Notes: a model not told the origin generated them from the letters alone. Counted from the stretch's first letter, positions 15,976-25,925 are shown. The stretch: DNA of 28,344 nt from an uncultured archaeon (GCA_964493715.1 CAZBPC010000039.1:1-28344); one strand, 5' to 3'. Numbers and translations are program-made.

Positions 15976-17973
15976 TTATTCTTGGATTTTTTCTTGAGAT
16001 GCACTCATCATTGAGATAAAGGATTCTGTAATTCCCCTTATTTCTTCTTCAAATTGAGAATCCCTGTAATATATGAGATCGATTGCTCTAGCAGGACATG
16101 AGGTAACACAAGCTCCACACCCTTTACATTTTAATTCATCTACTACTGCTATTTGATCGTCATTTACATTAATTGCATCAAAATCACAAATCTTCTCACA
16201 TCTGTGACATCCTACACAGATTGTATTATCTACTTCTGCGATGATTAATTCTTGTCTTAAAACATCATTTGACAGTAGAGTTGCCGCTTTGCTAGCTGCT
16301 CCCAAAGCTGAAGTTACTGAATATGGTATGTTCTTGGGACCTGCCGCACACCCACAGATATAAATGCCATTATTTTTTGTTTCAACAGGTTTTAAACACC
16401 CATGAACTTCTGATAAAAAGCCATTTGGGCCCCTACTAAGACCCATTATTTCAGAAAGTTCAATAGTACCTTGAGAAGGGATTATTCCAGTCGATAAGAC
16501 AACAAGATCAAAATCCATGCTCATAACTTCGCTTTCCATTGTTGTATCAAAATATAAACGCATCGTACCATTATCATTTAATTTAATATCTCCAGGTTTA
16601 CCTTTGATAAAAATAATATTTTGACCACGTATATTTCTATAATATTCCTCATTCCCTTTATCCCAAGTTCTAATATCAATATAAAATATAGTAATATTCG
16701 TGGTGGGATATTCTTGTTTTAATAATTGAGCATTCTTCAGGGCAACATTACAGCACACCGCACTGCAATAAGAATTTCCTCTTAAAGTCCTTGATCCAAC
16801 ACATTGTATCATCGCAATATTTTTGGGCGTTTTTCCATCTGATATTCGGTACACATGTCCGCTCGTTGGACCTATAGGGCTTAGCATTCTTTCCAATTCA
16901 AGTTGAGTGATTACATCTGGATATAAACCATACTTGTATTCATTTGTTTTGAGTATTGGATATTCTTCCCACCCTGTAGCAACAATTACCGCACCAACTT
17001 TAATTTCAATTTGTTGTTCTCCTTGATCAAATGCTATTGCTTCAGCTGGACAAATACGTTCACAATTCTTACAATCAATGCATACAGACTTATCCAGAAC
17101 GGCAAATTTCGGAACAGCTTGTGGAAAGGGGATATATATAGCATTTCTCTCTCCAATTCCTCTATTAAATTCATCTGGTATATTTATAGGACATTTCGTG
17201 GTACATAATCCACATCCAGTGCATTTTTGTTCATCGACATATCTAGGATTTTTTCTGACTTTCACGAGAAATTCGCCTGTCACCCCAGTAAATTGGATAA
17301 TATCAGAATACGTCATTAATGTAATATTTGGGTGTTTGGATGCATTTACCATAATGGGAGCTAATACTCAGATACCACAATCATCGGTTGGAAATATTCT
17401 ATCAAGTTGAGCCATTTTTCCTCCAATTGTAGGGGATTTTTCAACTAAGTATACTTCAATTCCTTGATTTGCTAAATCTAATGCTGCATTCATTCCCGCT
17501 ATACCCGCTCCTATCACAAGAGCAGTTTTTGTTATTGGTATTTCTTTACGGGGGATTATTTCTAATTGTCTTGCTCTATTTATCCCTGCTAATAATAATC
17601 TTTTGGCTTTCTCAGTTGCTACGATTTTATCTCCTTGATGTACAAATGAACAATGCTCTCGAATATTTACCATTTCAAAATAATATGGGCTCAAACCAGC
17701 TTCAATCAAGACCGATCTGTAAGTATCTTCATGAATTTTCGGAGTACAAGCTGCTACTACCACTCGATTTAGGTCTAATTCTATGATATCATTTTTAATA
17801 GATTGTTGTCCAGGATCACTGCAAGTAAATTTGTTTATCCTTGCAATCACAACATTAGGTAATAGTTCCGCATAATCTCGTATGGATAAACAATCAATGT
17901 GCATTCCAATATTTACGCCTCACTCGCATACATAAACTCCAATTCTTGGTTCATTGGTCTGTTTCTCAGACAT
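15976..17973 (-). CDS. hdrA: Heterodisulfide reductase subunit A, selenoprotein with two in-frame UGA (codons 18 and 202), 665 aa
   Basis: One reading frame from ATG 17973 (AGGTGA 5 nt upstream): RIGVYVCE*GVNI (TGA 17920-22) and FPTDDCGI*VLAP (TGA 17368-70). Also VIGAGIAG, CTGCGLC, QCVGSR, YCSAVCC and a C-terminal ferredoxin. Confidence 0.93.
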
Positions 17974-18200
17974 TGTTTTCACCTTACTGAAGTATCACCT
18001 TATTATGCATTTTCATTTTTTGATCTTAAGTTGTGAAGTGTGAGAATTAATTTATTTTTTCTGTTTAATTTCAACAATCCTCAGATCCTTTTCGGCACTA
18101 TAATGATCAATAAAAATATTTTGCAAATAGTGTTTTATTCAAAAATATCTAAATCGAATCCGACCAAGTTTTTTATTTTAAACATTATTATCAAAATTAT

Positions 18201-18386
18201 ATGTTGACGAACGATAAAAATAACAAAGAAGAGTTTGCAAAAAAATTCATGGAAGAAGAAGGCTTAAAAGGAAAAGCAAAACGAATTAAAATAATTCAAA
18301 TTATAAACTCAGTCGGTTTTGATAAGCGAATGATAAAAGTAGCCCTTCAAAGGTCAACTATTGATGAAAGAATTAAACACGAGTAA
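18201..18386 (+). CDS. Small hypothetical protein (61 aa)
   Basis: ATG ORF with charged, protein-like sequence upstream of serS. Confidence 0.6.
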   Translation: MLTNDKNNKEEFAKKFMEEEGLKGKAKRIKIIQIINSVGFDKRMIKVALQRSTIDERIKHE

Positions 18387-18478
18387 GTTTTCGATTATTA
18401 AGATATTTCTAAAAATAATTCAAAATGAATTTAAGACATTAATAATTAATACTTTCATCAAAACAAGAGGACATTACC

Positions 18479-19783
18479 TTGCTTGATATAGAATTATTTC
18501 GAAGTAATTTAAACGAAATTATCGAATCAGAAAAAAAAAGATTTAAAGATCCTTCGAATGCTAAAATGGTAATAGAATACGACGTCAAATGGAGAGAGGT
18601 ATTACAGAATCTGGAAGAACTTAAAAAACAGAGAAATAAGCTATCTGCACAAATAGGAAAATTCACTAAATCTGGAGAGAAGGAGAAAGCTGAAAAAATA
18701 AAACATCAATCTAAGGAAATTAAAGAGAAATTAGACGGTTTAGAAAAGTCAAAGGACACATTTTATGAATTAAGAGAAAAATTTAGATATAAAGTGGGCA
18801 ATATTTTACATAAATCAGTACCGGTGGGTGAAAGTGAAGAAAGTAATGAGATTATTTCTATCAAGGGTGATATACCTAATTTTAAATTCAAACCCAAATC
18901 ACATGTAGATTTGGTTGAATTAATTGACGGTGTAGATACGAAAAAAGCAGCAGAAATCGTGGGTTCTAGATTTTTTTATTTGAAAGGTGATCTCGTTTTG
19001 TTAAACTTTGCTCTAATGAGATTTGCGTTAGATAAGCTAATCAGTAAAGGATTCACTCCCATATGGACACCTTTCTTTGTAAAATATGAAATAATTAAAG
19101 CAGCAGCAGAATTAGCAGATTTTGAAGAGCAATTGTATAAAATTCAAGGGGAAGACTTGTATTTGATTGCTACCTCTGAACAATCACTAGCAGGTTATCA
19201 TTATGATGAAATTATTGAATCTGAAAGGTTACCGATTAAGTATGCAGGAACTTCAACGTGTTTTAGGCGAGAAGCAGGGTCACATGGAAAAGATACGTTA
19301 GGTATATTTAGGGTTCATCAATTTGAGAAAGTAGAACAATTTGTTTTATGCAAACCAGAAGAATCTTGGGGTGTTTTTGAAGAATTAATTAGTAATGCTG
19401 AAGAAATTTATAGTGATTTGAAAATTCCTTATCGAATTGTGAATATAGCATCAGGAGAATTAAATGATAATGCCGCTAAGAAATATGATCTCGAATGTAT
19501 TTTTCCAGCATCGGGAAAATATCGTGAACTAGTATCTTGCAGCAACTGTACAGACTATCAAGCAAGAAAGCTAAAGATTAGAATGGGAAAGGTTGGTACC
19601 CAACAAGAAAAAGAGATATTACACACTTTAAATTGTACAACAATCGCTACGGAGCGTACAATTTGTTGTATATTAGAGAATTATCAAAATGAGGATCATT
19701 CAATTACAATTCCAGATGTTCTCCAAAAATATATGAATGGAAAAAAAAAAATTGCACCAGTATCTCCATCAAAAAACAATTAA
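18479..19783 (+). CDS. serS: Serine--tRNA ligase (type 1), TTG start
   Basis: MLDIELFR, N-terminal coiled-coil arm, LIATSEQ, CFRREAGSHG, RVHQFEKVEQF and ELVSCSNCTDYQAR. Confidence 0.97.
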   Translation: MLDIELFRSNLNEIIESEKKRFKDPSNAKMVIEYDVKWREVLQNLEELKKQRNKLSAQIGKFTKSGEKEKAEKIKHQSKEIKEKLDGLEKSKDTFYELREKFRYKVGNILHKSVPVGESEESNEIISIKGDIPNFKFKPKSHVDLVELIDGVDTKKAAEIVGSRFFYLKGDLVLLNFALMRFALDKLISKGFTPIWTPFFVKYEIIKAAAELADFEEQLYKIQGEDLYLIATSEQSLAGYHYDEIIESERLPIKYAGTSTCFRREAGSHGKDTLGIFRVHQFEKVEQFVLCKPEESWGVFEELISNAEEIYSDLKIPYRIVNIASGELNDNAAKKYDLECIFPASGKYRELVSCSNCTDYQARKLKIRMGKVGTQQEKEILHTLNCTTIATERTICCILENYQNEDHSITIPDVLQKYMNGKKKIAPVSPSKNN

Positions 19784-19806
19784 TATAAATAAACCTAAAT
19801 ATAATC

Positions 19807-21039
19807 ATGATCGAAGTATCTTTAGACGAATTTGAGGTTTTTTATAAAGAAAAACTTGATAATTTATTCTTTAAAGTAAAAAGAGCAGTGACCAAATTAC
19901 TAGAGGAAGTTAAAACAAATTTAATTGAAATAAAAGTGTGTATGGATCATTTTATCGAAGCTGGAGAGGAACGAATTGAGGATAAGGCTCAAAGATCAGT
20001 ACATTTCTTTTCTGATAAAATAAGGAAGGAAATTGATGAAATTCAGATTCCAGAAGAAGAAATGAATTTCGATAAGATCTCTATTTTATTAAATTCACTC
20101 ACTAAACTATTTACAAGTATTAATGAAATTGCACGAAAATCATTACCAAAGTTTCAAAAAGAAGTGCAAGCTGAAATTAAAGAACTAAACTATATCACTC
20201 GGAAATTAGGAAAAAAGAAAGGCACGTTAGATGTATTCATGAGTAAAAAGTATGGTGATCTAAAAGAAGCTGAAGGATTGCTCAAAAAGATGCCTAAAAT
20301 ATTTACATTAAGGGAAAACATTGAGCATTCAAAAGAAGATCTTGATGCATTTGAAAAAGAATTAGAGGAACGAAATAAAAATCAAGAAAATTTAACTGAA
20401 CAATTAATTATTTTGGAAAAAAATGATCTCTTGAAAGAATTAGAAGAACATAGGGATTCTTTATTTAAATTACGAATGAAAATCAATGATAAGCTAGGGT
20501 TCAAGAAATCGCTAAAGAAGATGAAATTTGAGCTGGAAAAGGGTACGATTCATGTGCCAAATGTTGATTTAACCTATATAAAAGACTTTCTTAAAGACTC
20601 AATCACAACCTTGAGTAATGAGACAAAAGATCTCACCCGATTTTCCAGTTTATTGATTCAGCTACGACATATTTTAGAAGAAAATAAATTAAATCTTAAA
20701 ACCGAAACAAAAGAGAAGACTATTGAACAAATTAATCAGATCTTTGAAGAAAAAGAAATATATCAGGACATTGAAGAACTTAAAGAACTGAATCAAACCA
20801 TAAGAGAATTAGAAGAAAAGATTAAAGCTGCAGGTATAGCTTCACAGTTGGAGGATCTCAAAAACCAAATTTCAATTAATACTGTAAAATTGGAACACCT
20901 ACAAAATGATATTGAGAGAAAAAATAAAGATTATTTAAGAAATTTAAATTTTCTGAAAGATGAAAGAGAAGATTTTCAACAATTAGTAAGTAATGTTATT
21001 GGTGAAGAAGTAAAAGTTCTTATAACGTTTTCTTTTTAA
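19807..21039 (+). CDS. Hypothetical coiled-coil protein (410 aa)
   Basis: Long ORF with E/K/L-rich heptad patterns; no catalytic motif seen. Confidence 0.8.
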   Translation: MIEVSLDEFEVFYKEKLDNLFFKVKRAVTKLLEEVKTNLIEIKVCMDHFIEAGEERIEDKAQRSVHFFSDKIRKEIDEIQIPEEEMNFDKISILLNSLTKLFTSINEIARKSLPKFQKEVQAEIKELNYITRKLGKKKGTLDVFMSKKYGDLKEAEGLLKKMPKIFTLRENIEHSKEDLDAFEKELEERNKNQENLTEQLIILEKNDLLKELEEHRDSLFKLRMKINDKLGFKKSLKKMKFELEKGTIHVPNVDLTYIKDFLKDSITTLSNETKDLTRFSSLLIQLRHILEENKLNLKTETKEKTIEQINQIFEEKEIYQDIEELKELNQTIRELEEKIKAAGIASQLEDLKNQISINTVKLEHLQNDIERKNKDYLRNLNFLKDEREDFQQLVSNVIGEEVKVLITFSF

Positions 21040-21776
21040 CAATTGGGTTTTTTAGTCCTCTTTATTTCTAGCTTTCTGTTATCTAGAGAGTTTTTTTTAG
21101 TAATCTCTAAATTAATATTCTTTTTGAGGAAGCTATAAGTCTCGCTCTTGACAAGATTAAAAGCTTTCAAATACTCATAAGCTAACATCAAGTCGTGTTT
21201 TATATCTATATCAAATCCAGCTCTAAAAGAATCATATATAGCAGTTTTTAATCCACGACTATCAGCTTCATTTAATAATGCAATTAGAGATGGTGTTGAG
21301 GGATGAGAGAAATAAGTTGGAATAATCCCCGGCGGATTTCTACCCAATATTGAGATTCCTGCTGAAATTATCGCGGGGCATATAACTAATTGATTTTGCT
21401 TGATTAGATTTACTATCTCCCTTAGATTTTTTGGAGTAATTAATATGAGATCTGAAAATATGAGTATTGTATTCTTAGCGTGATAATCTTGAATTGCAAC
21501 AGAGTTAATGTCTTGTAAGATATCATCAAAACATTTTTCTATCGCACTAATATTTTCTTTTATTGGAATAAATCCTTGTTCTTCTGTCAAATCTAATATT
21601 TCAGAGCTATTACAATATACAAGAGTCTTTATCTGTAATTTTGTTCGCGATATTTTAGAAAATAAATCCTTTAACATTGCAATCGTGAGATTAATTAATT
21701 GCTCTCGAGAGAATATGCCTTCTAATCGGGATTTAGTTTTAGAAAGTGGTGCTACTGGGATTAATAAAATACTCAT
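21036..21776 (-). CDS. cofC: 2-phospho-L-lactate / PEP guanylyltransferase (F420 biosynthesis)
   Basis: LIPVAPLSKTKSRL, AMLKD, IFSDLILI and FDIDIKHDL match CofC motifs in divergent form. Confidence 0.72.
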   Translation of the reverse strand: MSILLIPVAPLSKTKSRLEGIFSREQLINLTIAMLKDLFSKISRTKLQIKTLVYCNSSEILDLTEEQGFIPIKENISAIEKCFDDILQDINSVAIQDYHAKNTILIFSDLILITPKNLREIVNLIKQNQLVICPAIISAGISILGRNPPGIIPTYFSHPSTPSLIALLNEADSRGLKTAIYDSFRAGFDIDIKHDLMLAYEYLKAFNLVKSETYSFLKKNINLEITKKNSLDNRKLEIKRTKKPNC

Positions 21777-21873
21777 TTTTATGATGTGTTAGATTGATAT
21801 TTGAAAGCGATGTGACAATGAGAATAATAAAAAATCATGTAATAAATAGTTTGATTTAATTCCAAGATTGAGT

Positions 21874-22437
21874 TTATTTTATCCCTTCCAAGATTTTTAT
21901 GGCTAATAATTCAAACGCTTTATTGACATTCATATCTTTTTTAGCAGAAGTTTCGATGTATTCAACCCCATATTTTGCTGTGAATTTTTTTCCTTCTTGT
22001 TCGGAAACTTTCCGTACTGCTGATTTATCCAATTTATTTCCTATAATTACGAAAGGAACATCACCACTGAGTTCCTTCAATTTTGATATCCAAAATTCTA
22101 AATTATCAAATGATTTTTTGTTTGAAATATCAAATATGACCATAGCTCCAAGAGCTTGGATAAAATAATATTCATTAGCAAATAGTTTGTCTGTTTGTCC
22201 ACCTATATCCCAAAAGTAGAGTTTAAATCCTTTTTCGTAAATATCACTTTCTAATTCAGGGTTTTTAAATTTTAACTTGCTGAGTATTTTACTTAGATCA
22301 ATTTCTTTTATAAGGAAGTTGGCACCAATGGTTTGATGATAATCTTCGCTAAAATTACCATCCACATATCGAGATAATAAACTGGTCTTCCCTACTCCTG
22401 GTTGACCACAAAATACTACTTTTCCCCGATATGAAAT
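21874..22437 (-). CDS. Rab/Ras-like small GTPase, 187 aa, probable ATT start
   Basis: The P-loop KVVFCGQPGVGKTS lies upstream of the track's start (22365). Also TIGANF, WDIGGQ, GNKLD and ETSAK. In-frame TGA at 22441-43, GGGGTG at 22444-49, ATT at 22437-35. Confidence 0.9.
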   Translation of the reverse strand: MSYRGKVVFCGQPGVGKTSLLSRYVDGNFSEDYHQTIGANFLIKEIDLSKILSKLKFKNPELESDIYEKGFKLYFWDIGGQTDKLFANEYYFIQALGAMVIFDISNKKSFDNLEFWISKLKELSGDVPFVIIGNKLDKSAVRKVSEQEGKKFTAKYGVEYIETSAKKDMNVNKAFELLAIKILEGIK

Positions 22438-22514
22438 TTGTCACACCCCAGATTAATATTATTTAACATTATTACGTTCAATTTAAACTTTTAATTTTTT
22501 TATATGATTTTGGA

Positions 22515-23378
22515 TCATGGGTACGGAATTTTTTTTGGTGTCAACATAATTTCTTTGGTTTCAGAACTGATAAAATGTCTAAACAAATGTTCATAACCTG
22601 CTATCTGATTTCGCTTGCCATTTTCCAACCACAGCCCAGAGGTGTATTCTGGAGCTTCTTTTACTTGATCTAATGTCGTGAGTAGAAATTCATCATCAAC
22701 TATAAGCAATCCAAAAGGAATAACATTATCACCTTCTATGGAATGGACCTTAATTGATACTTTTAATAATTTTTTAATTTCACCTTTCAAAAAGTCATAA
22801 TATTTTAATGCAATAACAATTTGGACATTTGTTGCGAATTTTTTTTTCCACAGTTCTTTTAGGATCCACTCATAGCCCCCTAATTCTTCCATTAGCAAAT
22901 CTGGGGTTATGATAAAGAAAATTCGATTTTTTGCCGAGGTGATTAATTCTTTGATCTTTTTTCTTATTTTCTCTCTACTATCCAAAGACCATACACGAGG
23001 TTCAGATTCGTCTTGTTCAATTTCTAATTCTACTATCGCTTTTTCGATATCCAAACTCAGATCAATTTTACTCTTATAATCTGAACGGATTGATTTAAAA
23101 ATTGTTTCAATAGGTATAGCTTGATAATTAGCTCCTCTTTTGACAGGTTCTTTCTGGATGAATCCTTTTTCAATCAATCTATTTAAACTATCGTATACTC
23201 GGGCACGATCCACATTTGAAAACTTAGCAATGTCAGCGGGGCTTAAGATTTTATATTTTGCAAGAGTTAATAAAACCTTAGAATCATTTTTAGTAAATCC
23301 TAAATCCTGTAGTGAATCTTCTATTTCAGGCTCCGTGAATTTTTCATTTTTGTTTTCCGAATTCAAAAATTCAATCAA
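22515..23378 (-). CDS. TrmB family transcriptional regulator (exact start uncertain)
   Basis: LQDLGFTKNDSKV, IAKFSNVDRARVYDSLNRLIEKGFI (wHTH); C-terminal effector domain LITSAKNRI...LLIVDD. Confidence 0.88.
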   Translation of the reverse strand: MIEFLNSENKNEKFTEPEIEDSLQDLGFTKNDSKVLLTLAKYKILSPADIAKFSNVDRARVYDSLNRLIEKGFIQKEPVKRGANYQAIPIETIFKSIRSDYKSKIDLSLDIEKAIVELEIEQDESEPRVWSLDSREKIRKKIKELITSAKNRIFFIITPDLLMEELGGYEWILKELWKKKFATNVQIVIALKYYDFLKGEIKKLLKVSIKVHSIEGDNVIPFGLLIVDDEFLLTTLDQVKEAPEYTSGLWLENGKRNQIAGYEHLFRHFISSETKEIMLTPKKIPYP

Positions 23379-23944
23379 ACCCTCATAATTTATTTCTATC
23401 TATCTTATCAAATATTTAATATTTTAATGTTTATTTTTAAAAAAAATAGAAAAAAATTCATTTTGAAGTTAGAATAAAGATCTCAGGCGAAAAGACTCAT
23501 TTTTTGACCTTAATAAATGTAAAACTATATTATCTTAGAGATCTTATTTCGGAAAAAAATTTCTGAAATCGTTCAAGCTAACATAGATATACTTTCTATT
23601 AACACATTTTTTGAGTTTTACAAGTTGCGATAAGGTTAATATTTTTTTGATTAACATAAATTTTAATCGATCTTCCTAATTGAAATAATAATTGAGTAAA
23701 ATGCTTACATCAGAAAAATTTTATTTATCATTTAATAAAAAATAAAAAATTATTTTATTAGTGGTATTTTGTCGGTCTTAGTAGTTTTAGTACATTTCAG
23801 ATCTAAAAAATTCAATCAAATAGATCTCCAATAACCACTATTTCGAACCATAACATTTATATAATAGAAATTCGTAGTTATTATTAATTATAAATCTATA
23901 TTATAAGAGTATTATTTCAATAAATTGTGGAGGAATAAATAAAA

Positions 23945-24199
23945 ATGGCTAAAAAGAGCGCTCCTGCTAAAAAAGCTCCTGCAAAAAAAGCAAAATCTGA
24001 AACTTATATCGCAAAAGCTCCTATTCGAAGGTTGATGAAAAAAGAAGGAGCAGATTTAGTAGCTGCTGCAGCATTAGATAAATTGATTGAATTTCTTGAA
24101 GCTAAAGCAGCAGACGCAACAAAAGATGCGCATAAAATTTGTAAGAATGATAAGCGCAAGAGAATTTCTGCTGCAGATATCAGAAATGCAACACGATAA
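23945..24199 (+). CDS. Archaeal histone with a Lys-rich N-terminal tail
   Basis: Histone fold IAKAPIRRLMKKEGA...KRKRISAADI; tail MAKKSAPAKKAPAKKAKS; GGAGG SD upstream and a T-run after the stop. Confidence 0.92.
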   Translation: MAKKSAPAKKAPAKKAKSETYIAKAPIRRLMKKEGADLVAAAALDKLIEFLEAKAADATKDAHKICKNDKRKRISAADIRNATR

Positions 24200-24217
24200 T
24201 TAACTAATATTCGCTAC

Positions 24218-24236
24218 TTTTTTTTTAATTTTATTT
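24218..24236 (+). terminator. Oligo-T terminator of the histone gene
   Basis: T-rich tract starting about 19 nt after the stop codon. Confidence 0.5.
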
Positions 24237-24264
24237 TACAGAATTAATATTCGTTAAGATACTT

Positions 24265-24786
24265 CTAAAAATTTTCATAAAAACTCTTAGTAAGGAATTT
24301 TTCAATGTTAGTTATCAACTTTTTTCTAACTGATTCAAAACCTTCAGGTAATACCCTTGTTTTTCCAACAATATCAATATACCCTAATTCTGCAGTATAA
24401 CGAGGAACAACATGAAAATGCAAGTGATCAATGCTTGCTCCTGCAATTTTTCCTTGGTTCATACCTATATTATATCCAATAGGATGATATAATTCATCTA
24501 ATAACAATTGCACTCCTTGAATAGTACGCGAAATATGAATAATTTCTTCCTTAGAAAGATCTTTAAAGTTCAAAAGATGACGATTAGGAATAACCATTAA
24601 ATGACCTGGATTATATGGATAGAGATTTAATGATATGAAAAGTAGATCATCATGATAAATTTTCAGTAAAACAACTCGATCATCATCATCCCTTACACCG
24701 CATAAAATGCAATCGATCTTCGGTCGTGATTTGCCTTGAACATAATCTAATTTCCCTAAAGCTTGCAACCAATCTTTAAAAACCAT
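24265..24786 (-). CDS. HIT family nucleotide hydrolase/phosphorylase
   Basis: CILC, LNLYPYNPGHLMVIP, GYNIGMNQG and HLHFHVVPR (HxHxH). Confidence 0.92.
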   Translation of the reverse strand: MVFKDWLQALGKLDYVQGKSRPKIDCILCGVRDDDDRVVLLKIYHDDLLFISLNLYPYNPGHLMVIPNRHLLNFKDLSKEEIIHISRTIQGVQLLLDELYHPIGYNIGMNQGKIAGASIDHLHFHVVPRYTAELGYIDIVGKTRVLPEGFESVRKKLITNIEKFLTKSFYENF

Positions 24787-24810
24787 AATAATCTTACGTT
24801 AATTATTTTA

Positions 24811-25359
24811 TTAGGAATATAATGGATAATTCGAACTTGAGTCAAAATCCTTAGTCTTCATTACATCTTCTATCTTAATTTTATCGATACAATACTCGGA
24901 TAAGATCATACTGCTATATACCATAGCGTCAAATACCCTACGAATACTCATAAAGAATGTATTTTTAGTAAGAGAATCATTTTTTGAAAGGAAAATTTGA
25001 TCTGAGATTTCATACCGATGGTTCTGAATATCTATTCGATACAAAACATCTTTTAATAAAAAATGTTTACGTATATCCATAAAAAATTGCATTTTTTTTG
25101 GTGCTTCTAATGAATCAAGCGCTTCAACATGAGGAGGTGGAATTTGAGTTCCAGCTGAAAGTATTAGCAAGTCTTTATTTTTTGGCATGAAGACCACCAT
25201 TCCTTTTCCTATAGGTCGACCGAGAGGATCTCTCCCGGGAGGATAGATAAACTGAAATCCAAATTCTATTTTAGCATCTGAAATTTTATTAGGTTGTAAA
25301 TTTTCATCCGAAAGGTATTCGAGAATTAGAAATTTTAAATTATTTTCTTTTTCTGACAT
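24811..25359 (-). CDS. Hypothetical protein, DUF2299-like
   Basis: Long ORF; ILEYLSDE...PPHVEAL...FFMDIR pattern recalls archaeal DUF2299. Confidence 0.6.
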   Translation of the reverse strand: MSEKENNLKFLILEYLSDENLQPNKISDAKIEFGFQFIYPPGRDPLGRPIGKGMVVFMPKNKDLLILSAGTQIPPPHVEALDSLEAPKKMQFFMDIRKHFLLKDVLYRIDIQNHRYEISDQIFLSKNDSLTKNTFFMSIRRVFDAMVYSSMILSEYCIDKIKIEDVMKTKDFDSSSNYPLYS

Positions 25360-25454
25360 TATGCTCTAATAATATAAATTTAAGGCTATTTATTTTTGTT
25401 TGCAAAATAATGCTAGAAGAAGGTTTAATTGTTATAAAAATAACGAAAAATAAT

Positions 25455-25811
25455 TTAATATTTACCCTTGGGTCGTGATTGAGGTTTGATTCCTGCATCT
25501 TTCAGTTTTTGAATATTGAGTTTCAATTCTTCTACTGGAGTGCAATACGTTATTTCTCTTTTCTCATAATCCACAAAAATTTTCCCTACAATCCCTAATC
25601 CCATTAATTCGTTGTTATTTCCTAAGAAAGTATGGTCAATATCTATTTTTATAGCTTTAGTACCATCACTAAGTTCAACTAACTGTGGTTGACATGCTGT
25701 ATATCCCAAACCTCTCGCTTGAAGTAAATAAGTCATAAGAGCATAATCTAATTCATCACTAATCTCTCCCCTTTCCTGGAGAACTTTAGCAATAATCGGT
25801 GTATTAGACAT
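25455..25811 (-). CDS. Hypothetical protein (118 aa)
   Basis: ATG ORF with AAGGT upstream; no family recognised. Confidence 0.72.
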   Translation of the reverse strand: MSNTPIIAKVLQERGEISDELDYALMTYLLQARGLGYTACQPQLVELSDGTKAIKIDIDHTFLGNNNELMGLGIVGKIFVDYEKREITYCTPVEELKLNIQKLKDAGIKPQSRPKGKY

Positions 25812-25925
25812 TCTCTCTTACCTTTCGATTTATTTTAGAATAAAAAAAAATCCTTTATTTTCGATTTAATTCATAATCTAAGATGTGAGAGGTAACGTTA
25901 TAACAATCATCACTATAATATTATC

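Noticed and set aside
15531-17973. hdrA/mvhD as nonsense-mutated pseudogenes, or genome-wide UGA reassignment
   Set aside because: All three TGAs fall on conserved Cys positions, while TGA is an ordinary stop elsewhere (ORFs ending at 5207, 22515 and 25926).
18479-19783. serS next to hdrA as a selenocysteine gene cluster
   Set aside because: SerRS charges tRNA-Sec but is universal and divergently transcribed here; no tRNA-Sec or other Sec genes are in the window.
22230-22300. GTPase insertion (and ZIP loop) as hidden in-frame BHB introns
   Set aside because: No BHB geometry was apparent by eye and both read as plausible protein; a computational fold scan would be needed to exclude this fully.
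375-23388. Short antisense or overlapping track ORFs (e.g. 375-656, 1116-1313, 4157-4468, 10804-11136, 17078-17410, 21899-22168, 23140-23388)
   Set aside because: They are shadows of well-supported genes on the opposite strand.
23379-23944. Long trmB-histone intergenic region with several AGATCT hexamers and weak inverted repeats
   Set aside because: Spacing is irregular and the sequence very AT-rich; no CRISPR-like periodicity, ORF or convincing RNA fold.
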